Below, in pieces: positions 21,949-33,041 of a DNA stretch of 64,000 nt. The notes under the pieces were generated by a model. That model was not told the DNA's origin, ran no database searches, and was given only the letters and a program-made list of their open reading frames with translations. The position numbers were made by a program, and so were the translations under genes. Within the stretch, counting starts at the first letter, position 1; each line of letters opens with the position of its first letter. The stretch lies in NCBI GenBank assembly GCA_048013815.1, contig CM106586.1:14446001-14510000 (forward strand), read 5' to 3'. The stretch comes from Setoptus koraiensis. Taxonomy: Eukaryota > Animalia > Arthropoda.

Positions 21949-22141
21949 TGCGATGACAGTTCTCTATACAATTAATATTATTACTATCACTATGCTTTGG
22001 TGTAATTATTATTTTTGCTACTCTTGTAATTGAACAACTATAATTACTAATTAATAGATCTGTACATATACGCCAGAGAGAAGAACAAGACTTCAAGCCA
22101 GCTATTATCTCTATTTATTATCAATTTTGGTATTCAGTAAC

Positions 22142-22888
22142 ATGAGTTCAAATGATAGGATCAATATTTTTCCATCGCGTATGGCGATGACCCTGATGAA
22201 GCTCAGATTGAAAGGAGCAGAAAAGGGGCACTCATTGTTGAAAAAGAAGGCGGACGCTTTGCAAATTAAATTCAGGCAAATATTAAAGAAGATCATTGAG
22301 ACAAAATCAGTGATGGGCGATGTCATGAAAGAGGCATCATTCAGTATGTCGGAGGCCAAATTTGCTGTTGGAAATGATTTCAATACTATTGTATTGCAGA
22401 ATGTCAATAAAGCACAAACCAAGGTTCGCACTAAGAAGGAGAATGTCGCCGGTGTTAATCTGCCAATTTTTGAAGCCTACCAAGACAGTGGGGACACATG
22501 GGAGTTAGCTGGTTTAGCTCGTGGTGGTCAACAATTGTCAAAATTGAAAAAAAATTATGCCAGAGCCGTACAATTATTAGTCGACCTAGCATCGTTACAG
22601 ACTAGTTTCATCACTTTAGATGAGGTCATCAAGGTGACAAATCGTAGAGTCAATGCATTAGAGCATGTACTCATACCTCGTATTGAAAGGACACTAGCTT
22701 ATATTATTACAGAATTAGATGAAAGAGAAAGAGAAGAATTTTATCGTTTAAAGAAGGTGGTTGAAAAGAAAAAAATTAACCAAGAGGCCGAAAATGCCGA
22801 CCGTGATGTCGATCACGAACTTGAAAATGGACCGTCAGATGTGCGCAATCTACTGGAGGATCAATTAGATGATGATGTATTATTTTAA
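22142..22888 (+). CDS. ATP6V1D: V-type proton ATPase subunit D (V1), 248 aa, single exon
   Basis: [114 protein letters not shown]. The ATG at 22142 matches the family N-terminus; the track's TTG at 22127 is an upstream extension. Confidence 0.98.
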   Translation: MSSNDRINIFPSRMAMTLMKLRLKGAEKGHSLLKKKADALQIKFRQILKKIIETKSVMGDVMKEASFSMSEAKFAVGNDFNTIVLQNVNKAQTKVRTKKENVAGVNLPIFEAYQDSGDTWELAGLARGGQQLSKLKKNYARAVQLLVDLASLQTSFITLDEVIKVTNRRVNALEHVLIPRIERTLAYIITELDEREREEFYRLKKVVEKKKINQEAENADRDVDHELENGPSDVRNLLEDQLDDDVLF

Positions 22889-23094
22889 GGATACAAAAAG
22901 CTCTCAAAACATTCACACAAGATATTGTTAGTCAAGAAAAAAAGTTAATAACGACAAAAACAACAACCAGTCATTTATTATGTATCAGTTATAAGTTGAT
23001 ATAATTAAATCTTTTTTTATCAGTACGTATGGTCCTTTAACTCTATTTGTCTTTTCACCATTGGCTTGGCAAATCTCAATTTTGGAAATATGTC

Positions 23095-24273
23095 TTAGTG
23101 TGGATGGACTTTTTCGACTATAATACACCAGGACGTATCTGGTTTAGAGTAGTATGTCTCTAGGATGGCCAAGCATCTCACTTGACTTATGAACTCCTCT
23201 AATTTTTGTTTTGTATGGTAATAATCGCTAACGCTACTCTCATCTTGATCATTACCACTCTGCTGGTATCTATCCAGTATATTTTGTTGGCCCGACCTAG
23301 TATTCTTCTTATTACCAGTCATCTTATCTTTTTTAATTCGATTGTTTTCATCGCTTTCTTCGTTTCGATTTAGCTTTTCATATGCACCACAATGGTGGTT
23401 ACGATGTGAGTCATCCTGCCCGCGAACATCCGACACTTGAGCCTCATTATTTTCCATGTCCAGAGGCTCTGATCTGAGTTCATCATCCTGTTCTGCGTTC
23501 TCATCATCACTTGTGTTTGTGTTTGTAGTTAAATTCAGATCTATGTCGGCCTCCATCTCTAGAGCCAATTCCAGGTCTAGATCATCTCTTTCTTCGTCCT
23601 CATCTGCAATAGCCATGGTATCTGAGAAGAGAATTAAGTCTGAGCTCAATCTATTATTTGTTGGCCTGTACGATGATGACGGTGCCATAGACATGAGTGG
23701 TTTGGGTGAGAATATTGGCTTGCTGCTGCTGTTATTGTTATCTTGTTGCACAAACAATTCAGATTTTGATTGTTTCGTGGCACCAGTTATTGCGGTATTT
23801 TTCAAAATATTGCCGTTATTATCGCCTATGGGACTGTTTGTTGGTGATTTTGTCTCATTGTTGTCAAAACCCATTCGTGCTGTTGGAGATAGTGGCGAGC
23901 ACGGAGTTGTCAACAGACTCCTTGGTGGCGAGAGACAATCGAGTTCGTTGAGTTCATTCAAATCAAATGAATTGTTACTAGCTAACGGCCTTGAATGTTT
24001 ACGTTGTTGTTGCCCACTTGAGTTGGCTCCTAGCGGAATTTGTTGTTGTTGCTGTTGATTTGCACTTGTTGTAGTTACAGTGGCACCCTGAAATATATTT
24101 GTATCGCCCGGTCTGGCAGGTATAACGGTAATCAAAGACTCAGACGAATCGATACTGTAAGTGTGGTGATGCGACGATGACGAATGCGACGACGAATGGT
24201 GTCGCCGAGGGCAATCCAGTAGGGGGGCTGCGGAGAAACGCCTGGGGGGCGGCATGACCGGATTGGGTACTTC
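23095..24273 (-). CDS. Low-complexity acidic/Ser-rich coding exon of unknown function; probable terminal exon of the giant gene, or a stand-alone 386-aa gene from ATG 24255
   Basis: 386-aa ORF with poly-Q/poly-N/acidic tracts like the other genes here. A pyrimidine-rich acceptor CCCCTTTTTAG|GAA lies 18 nt upstream of the ATG, in frame (phase 0). Confidence 0.6.
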   Translation of the reverse strand, partial: EVPNPVMPPPRRFSAAPLLDCPRRHHSSSHSSSSHHHTYSIDSSESLITVIPARPGDTNIFQGATVTTTSANQQQQQQIPLGANSSGQQQRKHSRPLASNNSFDLNELNELDCLSPPRSLLTTPCSPLSPTARMGFDNNETKSPTNSPIGDNNGNILKNTAITGATKQSKSELFVQQDNNNSSSKPIFSPKPLMSMAPSSSYRPTNNRLSSDLILFSDTMAIADEDEERDDLDLELALEMEADIDLNLTTNTNTSDDENAEQDDELRSEPLDMENNEAQVSDVRGQDDSHRNHHCGAYEKLNRNEESDENNRIKKDKMTGNKKNTRSGQQNILDRYQQSGNDQDESSVSDYYHTKQKLEEFISQVRCLAILETYYSKPDTSWCIIVEKVHPH

Positions 24274-27103
24274 CTAAAAAAGGGGAGCCAGACATGTGAG
24301 ATGGGGCGAGAATGATCAAGTTAGTTTAAGTGTTTGCATTTGTGAGTGTGCTCGTGAGATAGATTCATATCTCATTTTGGCGTATAGCGATGAAGAATTG
24401 TCTTGCCACTATTGTCTATGCTGCTGGCATGTCATTAGAGGGGGTAAGGTAAACAAATTGATTGCTCGGAGGCCATTTGATTGGCAAGCCAACGCCAACA
24501 AGTCTAGCAGTTGATTTTCGTCACTTAGGTGGCCTGGGCAACGTTGACAGACGACATGCGGTAACAATTCGAAACGACTCGAAAGAAAGGTATCAGCTCG
24601 AGAATTCTAATTCACCGGTCACAGACTAACGATAATCGGACACAAAGGATACAATAGAATGCAAATGATGGCTCGGAGTTTGCTCATCACCGGCACTGGC
24701 GATTTTGTATCAATTGTCGTAGACACTGACCATGTACACAAGTGTGCTCGCCCGCTTATGCGGGTCTACGGTTCTGGCGAGAAACGTTTCGCAAGCTTAA
24801 ACATTATGGGCCCGGTTTCACTGCAACCACTCACTCGCAAATCGTACCGGTATAAAGCAAGATGAATGGCCTCACTGCGCAAACTAAGCGACATGATATT
24901 ACTGCCGAACAGGAAGGTTTGGCTGTGGGAGCGCGATCAAGCTCGTGCAAATCGGGCGCCAGTTGATTCAGTCGCACTATGGTCTATCCATCAATGATGC
25001 GAAATTGTTGTTGTTGTTTGGGGCCCGAATTGCAGTAATGTCGAATATCTAATCTGGCACTGGTGGTGGGCCGCATACTGGCACGGCCAATATTGGATGG
25101 CGATGCTCTGCTGAGACTTGTCACACGATCGCTAACAACGCAAATATTTGCTCCTGGCGCTCGCTGCATCTGGCTGCAAAAATTGCAAATAACTGTTCGG
25201 AATCTCTGATGAATGATTAATGAGTGGCCGCTATGCGCCGCACCCTGCCGCATTTGTGGAGCTCTGAATATTTGGTGAATAGTTGGCCAGAGCGAAAAGC
25301 TTAGCCGTTGTTGCATTTTGTGTGCATTATGACACTGGGGCGAGACACGGTATGCAAAACATCGTAAACATGCTATATGTTATTGCCATATTTTGACGAG
25401 ATACGATGCGAATGAGCGCTGCGCCATCGTAGTCAATCAAGACGCTCGCTCTGAATGCAATTAGCGCCGCCGAGCCTCATGAGAGTTGCAGTTGCGCGAT
25501 GTGAGACACGAATGGGCGAAAGGCAAGCCGAGACAACAGGAGATTTGCAGGTGAGGCACGACAACAACAATAACAATTAATGATCTGGCCAGCAGGACAA
25601 CGGGGGCAATTATTTTTCATTAATTATCTGCGCCGGCAGTGATAGACCAACGAGACAGTGAGAGGCAGTTTGGGACACACGACTTGCGGCTTAGACAGTA
25701 ACAAGAAAAATGGCACAAGGGTTAATTGGAAGATTGTCGTTGTTGCACGTTGCAAAGTTTTAGTGCCCCGTTCTTATCTCTCACTAATTGGAATAATTTG
25801 ATTGCGACTCGTGTGCGTTCGTCGGCCGGCATGCGGCTTGTAGCGGCAGCGAGGCCAGCCAAGGGCAGGGCTAATTTATTAGTCTAAGGCCGCACACAAA
25901 TGATGTCGACTGCCGTCTGTCTAGACAGAAAAAGAGATAACGGTGACACTAGCCGACTGGCGCTGCAACGGAGCGAGCAGCGGCTGGCTGGCGGGCCAAA
26001 TAGAGGCCCGGCAACCGATCTAAGCCGCGCCGCGCCGGCCCGTCCGTCCGCCCGCCAGCCGATGACGGCACGAGTAGTGAATAAAGTGTTCTCGCCGAAC
26101 AGTCGGTCAGAGTGCGGGGCGCCGCCTCGAGCCCGGCCGGCCAACTAGCGCGCCAACTGGGCGGATTCTAGCTGAGCGATGATTCGCTCGGCTAGCCACG
26201 GGCCATGCGAGTTGCAATAATGTAAGTATCTCGGCCCACTAATATAAGCCGGATTTGCCGGCAAGTAGCGCCCATTAAGTAGCGCCAGTAAGCTGGCTGG
26301 GGCCCGGCATGGGGACCGTCGCCACTACAGCGCCAGCGCCAGCCCTAGCCAGACAGTCAGCCATGAGGCGGGCAGCTTAGGGGAGACTTTTGAAATGCTG
26401 CTGATTATAATAATTTGTGTTCAACTGCATTTACTTGATCCACTGTTAAGATGTGTGTGTGTGTGTGTGTGTATTACATAACACCAGGCAAATGATGCGC
26501 ACGCCGCTGGCAATAATCAAACAAAAGCGGCAGCAGCACCGAGATGGAGTTGCAACATGTAGCAATTGGGAGCCCCAATTAAGGCTGGCTGGCGCTCGCC
26601 GGGCTTGCATCAATCAAGGGGAGCCGCTCAGCGAGCTGCTCATTTGAATAAGCCAAATGAGTGCTGGCGAGCGGCAGCCCGGCAGCTAATCTGCCGGCAG
26701 CTACCGCTGCCGCTATCAGATGCAGTTTCCGTTTGATACTCGCTTGCACTTGTCATCATCATGGCAGCATGATGATGTATAAATGCTGTTTAAACGTCTT
26801 TCATTTGTTTGCGTCATTTGTGGGCCGACGCTAGCCCCAAAGCGCGCACCCATACGCGACCATTTGTAATCTGGTTGATATCTGGCGAGTTGCCTGGCGG
26901 TGGGATTAGCAAGCACACTTTGTAGTACACAGTCTTACGTGGCAGCGGCGCGCAAACGTCGCCTGGACACAAGCGAGCGAGAGAATATGCAAATAATTGA
27001 ATTGTTTGTCAGCCAGTCAGTTTGTTTTTGGGGCCCCGATGCGCATTGTGCTGCTCGGTGTTTGGTTTATTATTATTATTATTATTTGGCCCGCTCGCAT
27101 GGT

Positions 27104-27153
27104 CAGCTAAATGGAAGGGAGCCGGCCAGCTAAATGGAAGGGAGCCGGCCAGC
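27104..27153 (+). repeat. 23-bp direct tandem repeat x2
   Basis: CAGCTAAATGGAAGGGAGCCGGC occurs twice in tandem. Confidence 0.9.
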
Positions 27154-27571
27154 GCCGCCGGTCAGACGGTTCAGTGCGAATTCGCATCGCCAGATTGCTA
27201 CACCGGCGAGCTGACTCGGCCTGCGAGGAAAGCTGCCACACCGGAAGTGAGGCCCGATCGAGGCCGCGAACAGTGGGCGTGTGTGCTGGCGGGAGCTTTG
27301 CTTGCTTGGCCAGACGAGGCGAGGAGATTGCGTTGGCGGCCAGGGGCGCTCGGATGTAAGTATGGCGGCCAACATGTCGCCAGATTGACAATGACACACA
27401 CACACACACACACACTGTGATATATGCTGGCCCACACAGGCGCGGCCAACATTGTGAACGTTGGTGGCGTTGCATTTATATTAGGATATCAGATAATTTG
27501 CATAATGCAACTTATCTGAACTGATATATATCTGTTATATACGGCCATTGTTGGCCTGTTGGCCAGCCTCG

Positions 27572-27680
27572 GTCGGCCGGCTCAGTTGGTCAGTCGGCCG
27601 GCTCAGTTGGTCAGTCCGCTGGCCTCAGTTGGCCAGTCGGCCGGCTCAGTTGGTCAGTCCGCTGGCCTCAGTTGGCCAGT
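27572..27680 (+). repeat. Compound minisatellite built from GTCGGCCGGCTCAGTTGGTCA / CCGCTGGCCTCAGTTGGCCA units
   Basis: About five CTCAGTTGG[T/C]CAGT cores in alternating contexts. Confidence 0.85.
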
Positions 27681-28353
27681 GGGGCCCGTCTTGTTTGCAG
27701 TCACTCGACTCGGCGCTTGCCTATGTAATATACACAAGCTCCACACAATCAATTGGTGATATTATTATGACACACAATGACACCAATTTGCAGTCCAATC
27801 ATGCGCTCGCTCTCATCATATACAACGCTGTTGTTTGCCTAGGTGAGCTGGCCAGTGGGCCAGTGGGCCAGCGGGCCCACTTTGGCCACTTGCCTGCCGC
27901 CTGTTGGCAGAATGAATGCATGGCTTGATCAATTGGGGCCTCTTTTGGCCAATTTCAATTTGAGACAATCGGCCCGATTCGTGTCAGTCATGGATTGCGT
28001 GGCGCGTCACACACAGACAATATCGGCCCACTTGATACTTTTGAAACAAGTCGCAACGCACAGTGTGAGCACGCAACGAGGCTCGCCAATGCGCTTGACA
28101 AAATGCCCGCTCTAAAGGCTCAAAGGATTATTGCATTGCGCCAGTATTGCGTGCCCGAGGCGGCTCACGCCTCAAAATGATCGCTGGATTAACTGTAACA
28201 TTTGTTTGCACAAAATCAATAACAACAACCGCCATACATCACGTTCCACGCCAACCGCCATGCCATGCACCAGCGCACCATACACCAGCGTGCCATATAT
28301 CACATTCAATATATTGAATGGAAAATATGTAAATATGTCCCGGCGATACTTGC

Positions 28354-28479
28354 CTCGTGATGGGGCCTCGCGATGGGGCCTCGCGACGGGGCCTCGCGAT
28401 GGGGGATGCCAAGCGATGAGACTCACACTGCATCCCCTGCCACGGGGCTCCGTCGCGAGGCTCCGTCGCGAGCCACGAG
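28354..28479. repeat. Fold-back (inverted) array of a 13-bp unit
   Basis: The left arm is (GA[T/C]GGGGCCTCGC)x3-GATGGGGGATGC. The right arm is GCATCCCC..(GGCTCCGTCGCGA)x2..CACGAG, complementary to the left arm, with a ~20-nt loop. Confidence 0.8.
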
Positions 28480-31180
28480 CTGTCGTGATCATGCAACAAT
28501 CATCTGTTTGCGCCCGCTGACAGTCGCTGGCGCTGCCGCCACGGGATAAATGGAGCAAGCACAGCGGGCCAATATTTGGCTAGGCCAAACAGGCCCGCAA
28601 ACAGGCTAATGGGCACAGCGAGCCGCGGCCGGTCAGCGGCGCACTCATTAGTGGCAGCTTGAGTGGCCCGATTAAATTCATACGATTCCGATGCTGGCCG
28701 GCCATCGGGCACGACAACACGCTTCAGTGGCCGGCCATCCGCCCACTGGCGACGGCGCCCCCATTGGGCCCGGCGCACTCAGGTGGGCCCACTGACGCCC
28801 CTCGGTCTGTCGCCCGCGCCGTGGGGCCCCCTGATTTCTGGTTTTGGGGCCAGCTCGTGCCATTTGCTCGGGCCCCTAGCGAGCCCTAGCCGAGCTAGCT
28901 GTCTTGCTGCTCACAGACAACAGATGCCCGTGGAAGCTCGAGGCACAACGGCGCCAATTTCGGCAGTCTCGGCTCGGCGAGCCTCACCATTCTGGAACCG
29001 GCCCGGGTCCGTCAGCGGGCCCGCTCGTTCCACACGTTTGCAAGCATGCGTGACTGTGCCATTATCGCTGGATCCATCCATTCAATACACCCGACACACA
29101 CACACACACGACACATTATCGGCCGCGCGATTCCCGATATCGTGGCGCAAGTTCCACTTATTATTTCTTGTTCCGGCCGTCGCGGTCATTGGCGCCCCTC
29201 GGTCTCGGCCCGGTTGCATATTTCTCTGCTCCAGCAAGATGCTCTATCGTGGCTATCACAAGAGTGTGGACATTGCCAGGCTGCGGACGTCGCCAGGGTG
29301 CGGACAGCGCCAGAGTGCGGACGTCTCCAGAGATCCCTGCGGGCCCGCATCGCCAAGACTGGCGACCCAGTTCGGGCTGGCTCGATATCCGCCAATATCC
29401 GTTGCTAACAACTCACGAGTTGTTGTCAGCGGCGTTGCTGAGAATATGGGAATTTTATTTTCATTATCATGCGAACAACGGCCGAGCGATTGGGCGACGA
29501 TCGGGCCGGCGGCCGCATCTCGTTGCATATGTCGGCGGCGGCGGCGATCGCCGAGCGGCACCGCAACCTTGAACCGCTGCCCGAACATGCAGCCGGCCGG
29601 GCGCTAGCGGCCGTGCCAAGGGCAGCGGGGGAAGGTGGGGGGGGGCGAAATTTTAATTTAAATCCCTTTCTATTATTATTATTTGATTCTTAAGTTCTAA
29701 CGACTGCATCGCTAGTGCATCGCTAACGGTGCTGCTAACGGTGCTGTTGTTGTCGCCTATTATAATATTATATAACGGTGTTAATATTATAATATTATAT
29801 TATGCAACGCGCTCGCTTTAATCGATGGATACTTGAGCAAGTGGAGCATTGTGCGTGCAATTGGGGCCGGCACGAGAGCGGGCGAACGAGCGAGCGAGCG
29901 ACAAGTTATAAACTTGTAAGCCCCCCATTATTGCTATTTCTATTACTGTTGGTATTATTGCTATCTGTTCTCTGTTGTGTGTTCGCTTCGCTCTCGCTTC
30001 GCTTCTTTTTCTTTGGGTGCAAAAAATCACTTGAAATTATATTATATTAGCATCTTATTCGATTTCGTTCTTGCCCGTCGTTTCGGCCCATTATAATGCC
30101 AGAACCAAGCGACCGTCTGATGGCATGACAATGCTATTTCACTCCATTACTGGAGGACTCTCCGTGGTGTAGACAGAGACTTTCTATCAGAGAGCATCCA
30201 CCGCAAAGAGATGGGGGCGCCAAGAGCAAGGAGTGCTCGTCAATTGATTTCGGCGGGTTCGCCGATGCCCGCCGAAGCCAAAACTCGACGCCATTGCGTC
30301 ACCCGTTGTGGTACACTGTTTGCGTCACACATTAGCTGTCGCTGCATTTATGTCATTGCCACATCATCTCACCTCAAACTACTTACTACTCGCCAGTGGT
30401 GCGCGGGGCCCATATGGGCCCCGCGCATATTGCCCGCTTCTTTTCGCCAATTCTTTTCGCGACACGCTCCAGTGTGTGTGTGTGTGCCGTCGAGCTCGCC
30501 AGTATCCGGCGTGTTCGACGGCCTTTTAGACAATGCCAGGCAGTGCGGTAGACAATGGCAGAGAAAGAAAAAAATTGCATGCGATAATTTAAGACGAATT
30601 AATAAAACGACGAGTGAACCCATCGAGCGCCCAGCTTCGAGCGTCGCCGCCGACGACCAATTTTAAATGGGCCCGGCCTGCGCCAAATTGGTTCCCATTG
30701 TGGGCCCAGCGCCAGCACACAACCGAAGGGCAGATGTCGCCTGGCGCTGGCTGGGCCCCTGAAGGCTCCCAGTGGCCGAGGCGCCTGCTAGATGGCGCTG
30801 GCGCCGGTTCAGGCAGCCAGCCAGCCAGCGTCAGATTGTTATTAGCGGCAACGTTGTTGCTGGCGTAGCCATGTGATTGTCGGCGTTGCCATTTTTTTCT
30901 TTAAATTAAACGCCAGATAACATATCGCATAAACAAACAGTGAACGCCAGAGCGACCAGATAAATGGTCGGCCAGCCCAACCAGATCACAACGATCGATA
31001 CGGGCCGGCCGGACAGCTGTAACTAGCACGCAGCCAGCCGGCCCGCCAGTCGGATTTGGCGCGCAGCTAAACACTCAAATTAGTTGCGGCCGGATAAATG
31101 TGTAAGCCAAATGTTATGGCCAGCGTTACGTAATCTAGCTATTATCAGCGCATTACTATCGGGGCGCTACTACTACTTAC

Positions 31181-31396
31181 CGGTGCATAGTTGGCCGAAA
31201 ATGAGCGCTGACGCTGCAACTTGGGCGCCAAATTCCTCTGTATTTGCCACTTGTTTTTGCGACTCTTGCCAATGGCTCCCCCGCTTGGTGCTTGGCCGCT
31301 GCTGGCACCAGTTGGTGGCTGCGTGCCACCGCCAGCGGCTCCACCTGTCACTGTTGTATCGCTGTTGTCGTTGTTGCTGTTGCTGTTGTTGTTTGT

Positions 31397-31428
<32 letters not shown>

Positions 31429-31770
31429 GCTGTTGCATCAGTTGTTGTTGCTGTTGTTTATTTGCGGCCGTGGACGCGGCTTTGGAGAATGCGTTCGCTT
31501 GTAGCTGCTGATGATATTGTTGATGATGTTGCTGTTGCTGCTGAAAAGTTTGATGATGACGCTTAATGCCGCCCGCTGTCGATGAACCAGAACTAGAATT
31601 TGACATTCTCCGGCTAACGCTGCCAACATATGCCGCCGATGAGCTGGCTCGCGGCCGGCCCGCCGTTGGCTTCTTGAAGTTGGCCGGCCCGTGGGTTTGT
31701 TTGCTGGCTGCATGATGGTGCCGGTGATGACGTTTATTGGGCCCGCCGAGGGGCGCCTCGCTAGCGCTGC
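31181..31770 (-). CDS. Internal coding exon (590 nt), His/Gln/Asn/Gly-rich; predicted exon following the giant exon
   Basis: Acceptor CAACCAATAG|GC (phase 1) at 31770. The frame is open through GSASEAPLGGPNKRHHRHHH..SRRMSNSS..poly-Q..KLQRQRSFSANYAP, and ends at a canonical donor CCG|GTAAGT (phase 0) at 31181. Confidence 0.7.
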
Positions 31771-31988
31771 CTATTGGTTGTTGGAAATACAGCCCATGGA
31801 GAGAGATGTGACATTTTTAGCAGTGCGTTATGTTGCGTAGTGGCGGTGGTGCCATAATGGTTGCAACGAGAGCAAAAGGTAATATAATAAAAGCTTTGTA
31901 AGATGAGTGAGCGTTCAAAATAATCTCGATCTGCGATGCAAGATTAGGGCGGATTACCGCGCCGGGATCTAGCCGCTAGTGCAGCCAC

Positions 31989-32037
31989 ACAGTATGCGGC
32001 CCGCCGACAGTGTGCGGCCCGCCGACAGTGTGCGGCC
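31989..32037 (+). repeat. 18-bp tandem repeat x~3
   Basis: ACAGT[A/G]TGCGGCCCGCCG repeated; lies in the intron between the giant exon and the 31.2-31.8 kb exon. Confidence 0.85.
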
Positions 32038-32789
32038 GGATCGGGGTAGCCGGCGGCTGCTGGTGGCCGACGGGTCTGGGTGGCCGGCAAATCGGGATAG
32101 ATGGCAAATTGGATTGGAGGATTGCGGCGAGATTACACGCGTGACTACATGCGAGACGAGCAAGCGACTGTGCGCTGCGCCAGCCCAACAATGGATATCC
32201 CCGTGCAATCTGGATGGATAAATGATGGATAAAAATGATTCCTCTTTCAGGGGCACGCCGAGCAATGTGTGGGCATGTTCGTGGATACCCCGCGGATCCA
32301 CCAACTCTAGAGTTATCACGCCAGTTGTGTGAGCCCTCACAACATTGTCAGTAATCATCTGGCTGCAATACGCGGCGGATATCCTACGAGCGCCCAATTT
32401 GGGCCCTGTTATCGGGTCGCGTTTTGAGCAAATTGCAAATCGGTTTCAACGCCTCGGGCGATCTCAGCCTGTTTGGTTGTCATCAAACAGCTGATACGGG
32501 CAAACAAATCAGAGATCAGCTCCGAAAGCAACCATCGTTTGCTGACAACCAGAGGGCCTCTATACATTCATGAACGGTTTTCACGCACGCCATTCACGCG
32601 TGGATACCCACGCGTCCATGTAAATTATCCGATCGCTCGCAGCCACTCCAGAGTGTGGAGTCCAGACCGTCGGTATTCAGCGGCCGGCGCGTCTCGTCTT
32701 GGCCGACAACGGATGAATCAGGCAAACGGGAGAATGGGACAAACGGGCGACGGGCTACGGAAGGGGCGCCCTGTCTGACAGGAGCGCCA

Positions 32790-33008
32790 TCAATCAAGTG
32801 TAAGCTTACCTGGCGGTGTCGGGTGTTGGCGGTGATCGAACGACGACGCTTGTTGGCCGAGATAATTGGCTCGCCCGTCGATATTGTCGTCGTCGTCGTC
32901 GTCGTCGTTGTCGTGATTTACGTTTGAACAGTTTTGGTGGGGTGCCACAGTTTCTGCAGCACCGTTGTCGTCGATGTTGTCATCAGTGTCGGAGCAGCCG
33001 GACGACGT

Positions 33009-33041
<33 letters not shown>

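Noticed and set aside
22127-22141. TTG-initiated N-terminal extension of V-ATPase D given by the ORF track
   Set aside because: The family N-terminus aligns with the ATG at 22142; non-ATG starts in the track are a prokaryotic-style artefact.
28663-29607. 314-aa ORF on the + strand
   Set aside because: GTG start, Arg/Pro/Ala/Gly composition typical of GC-rich non-coding DNA, contains a translated (CA)n tract, and has no motif.
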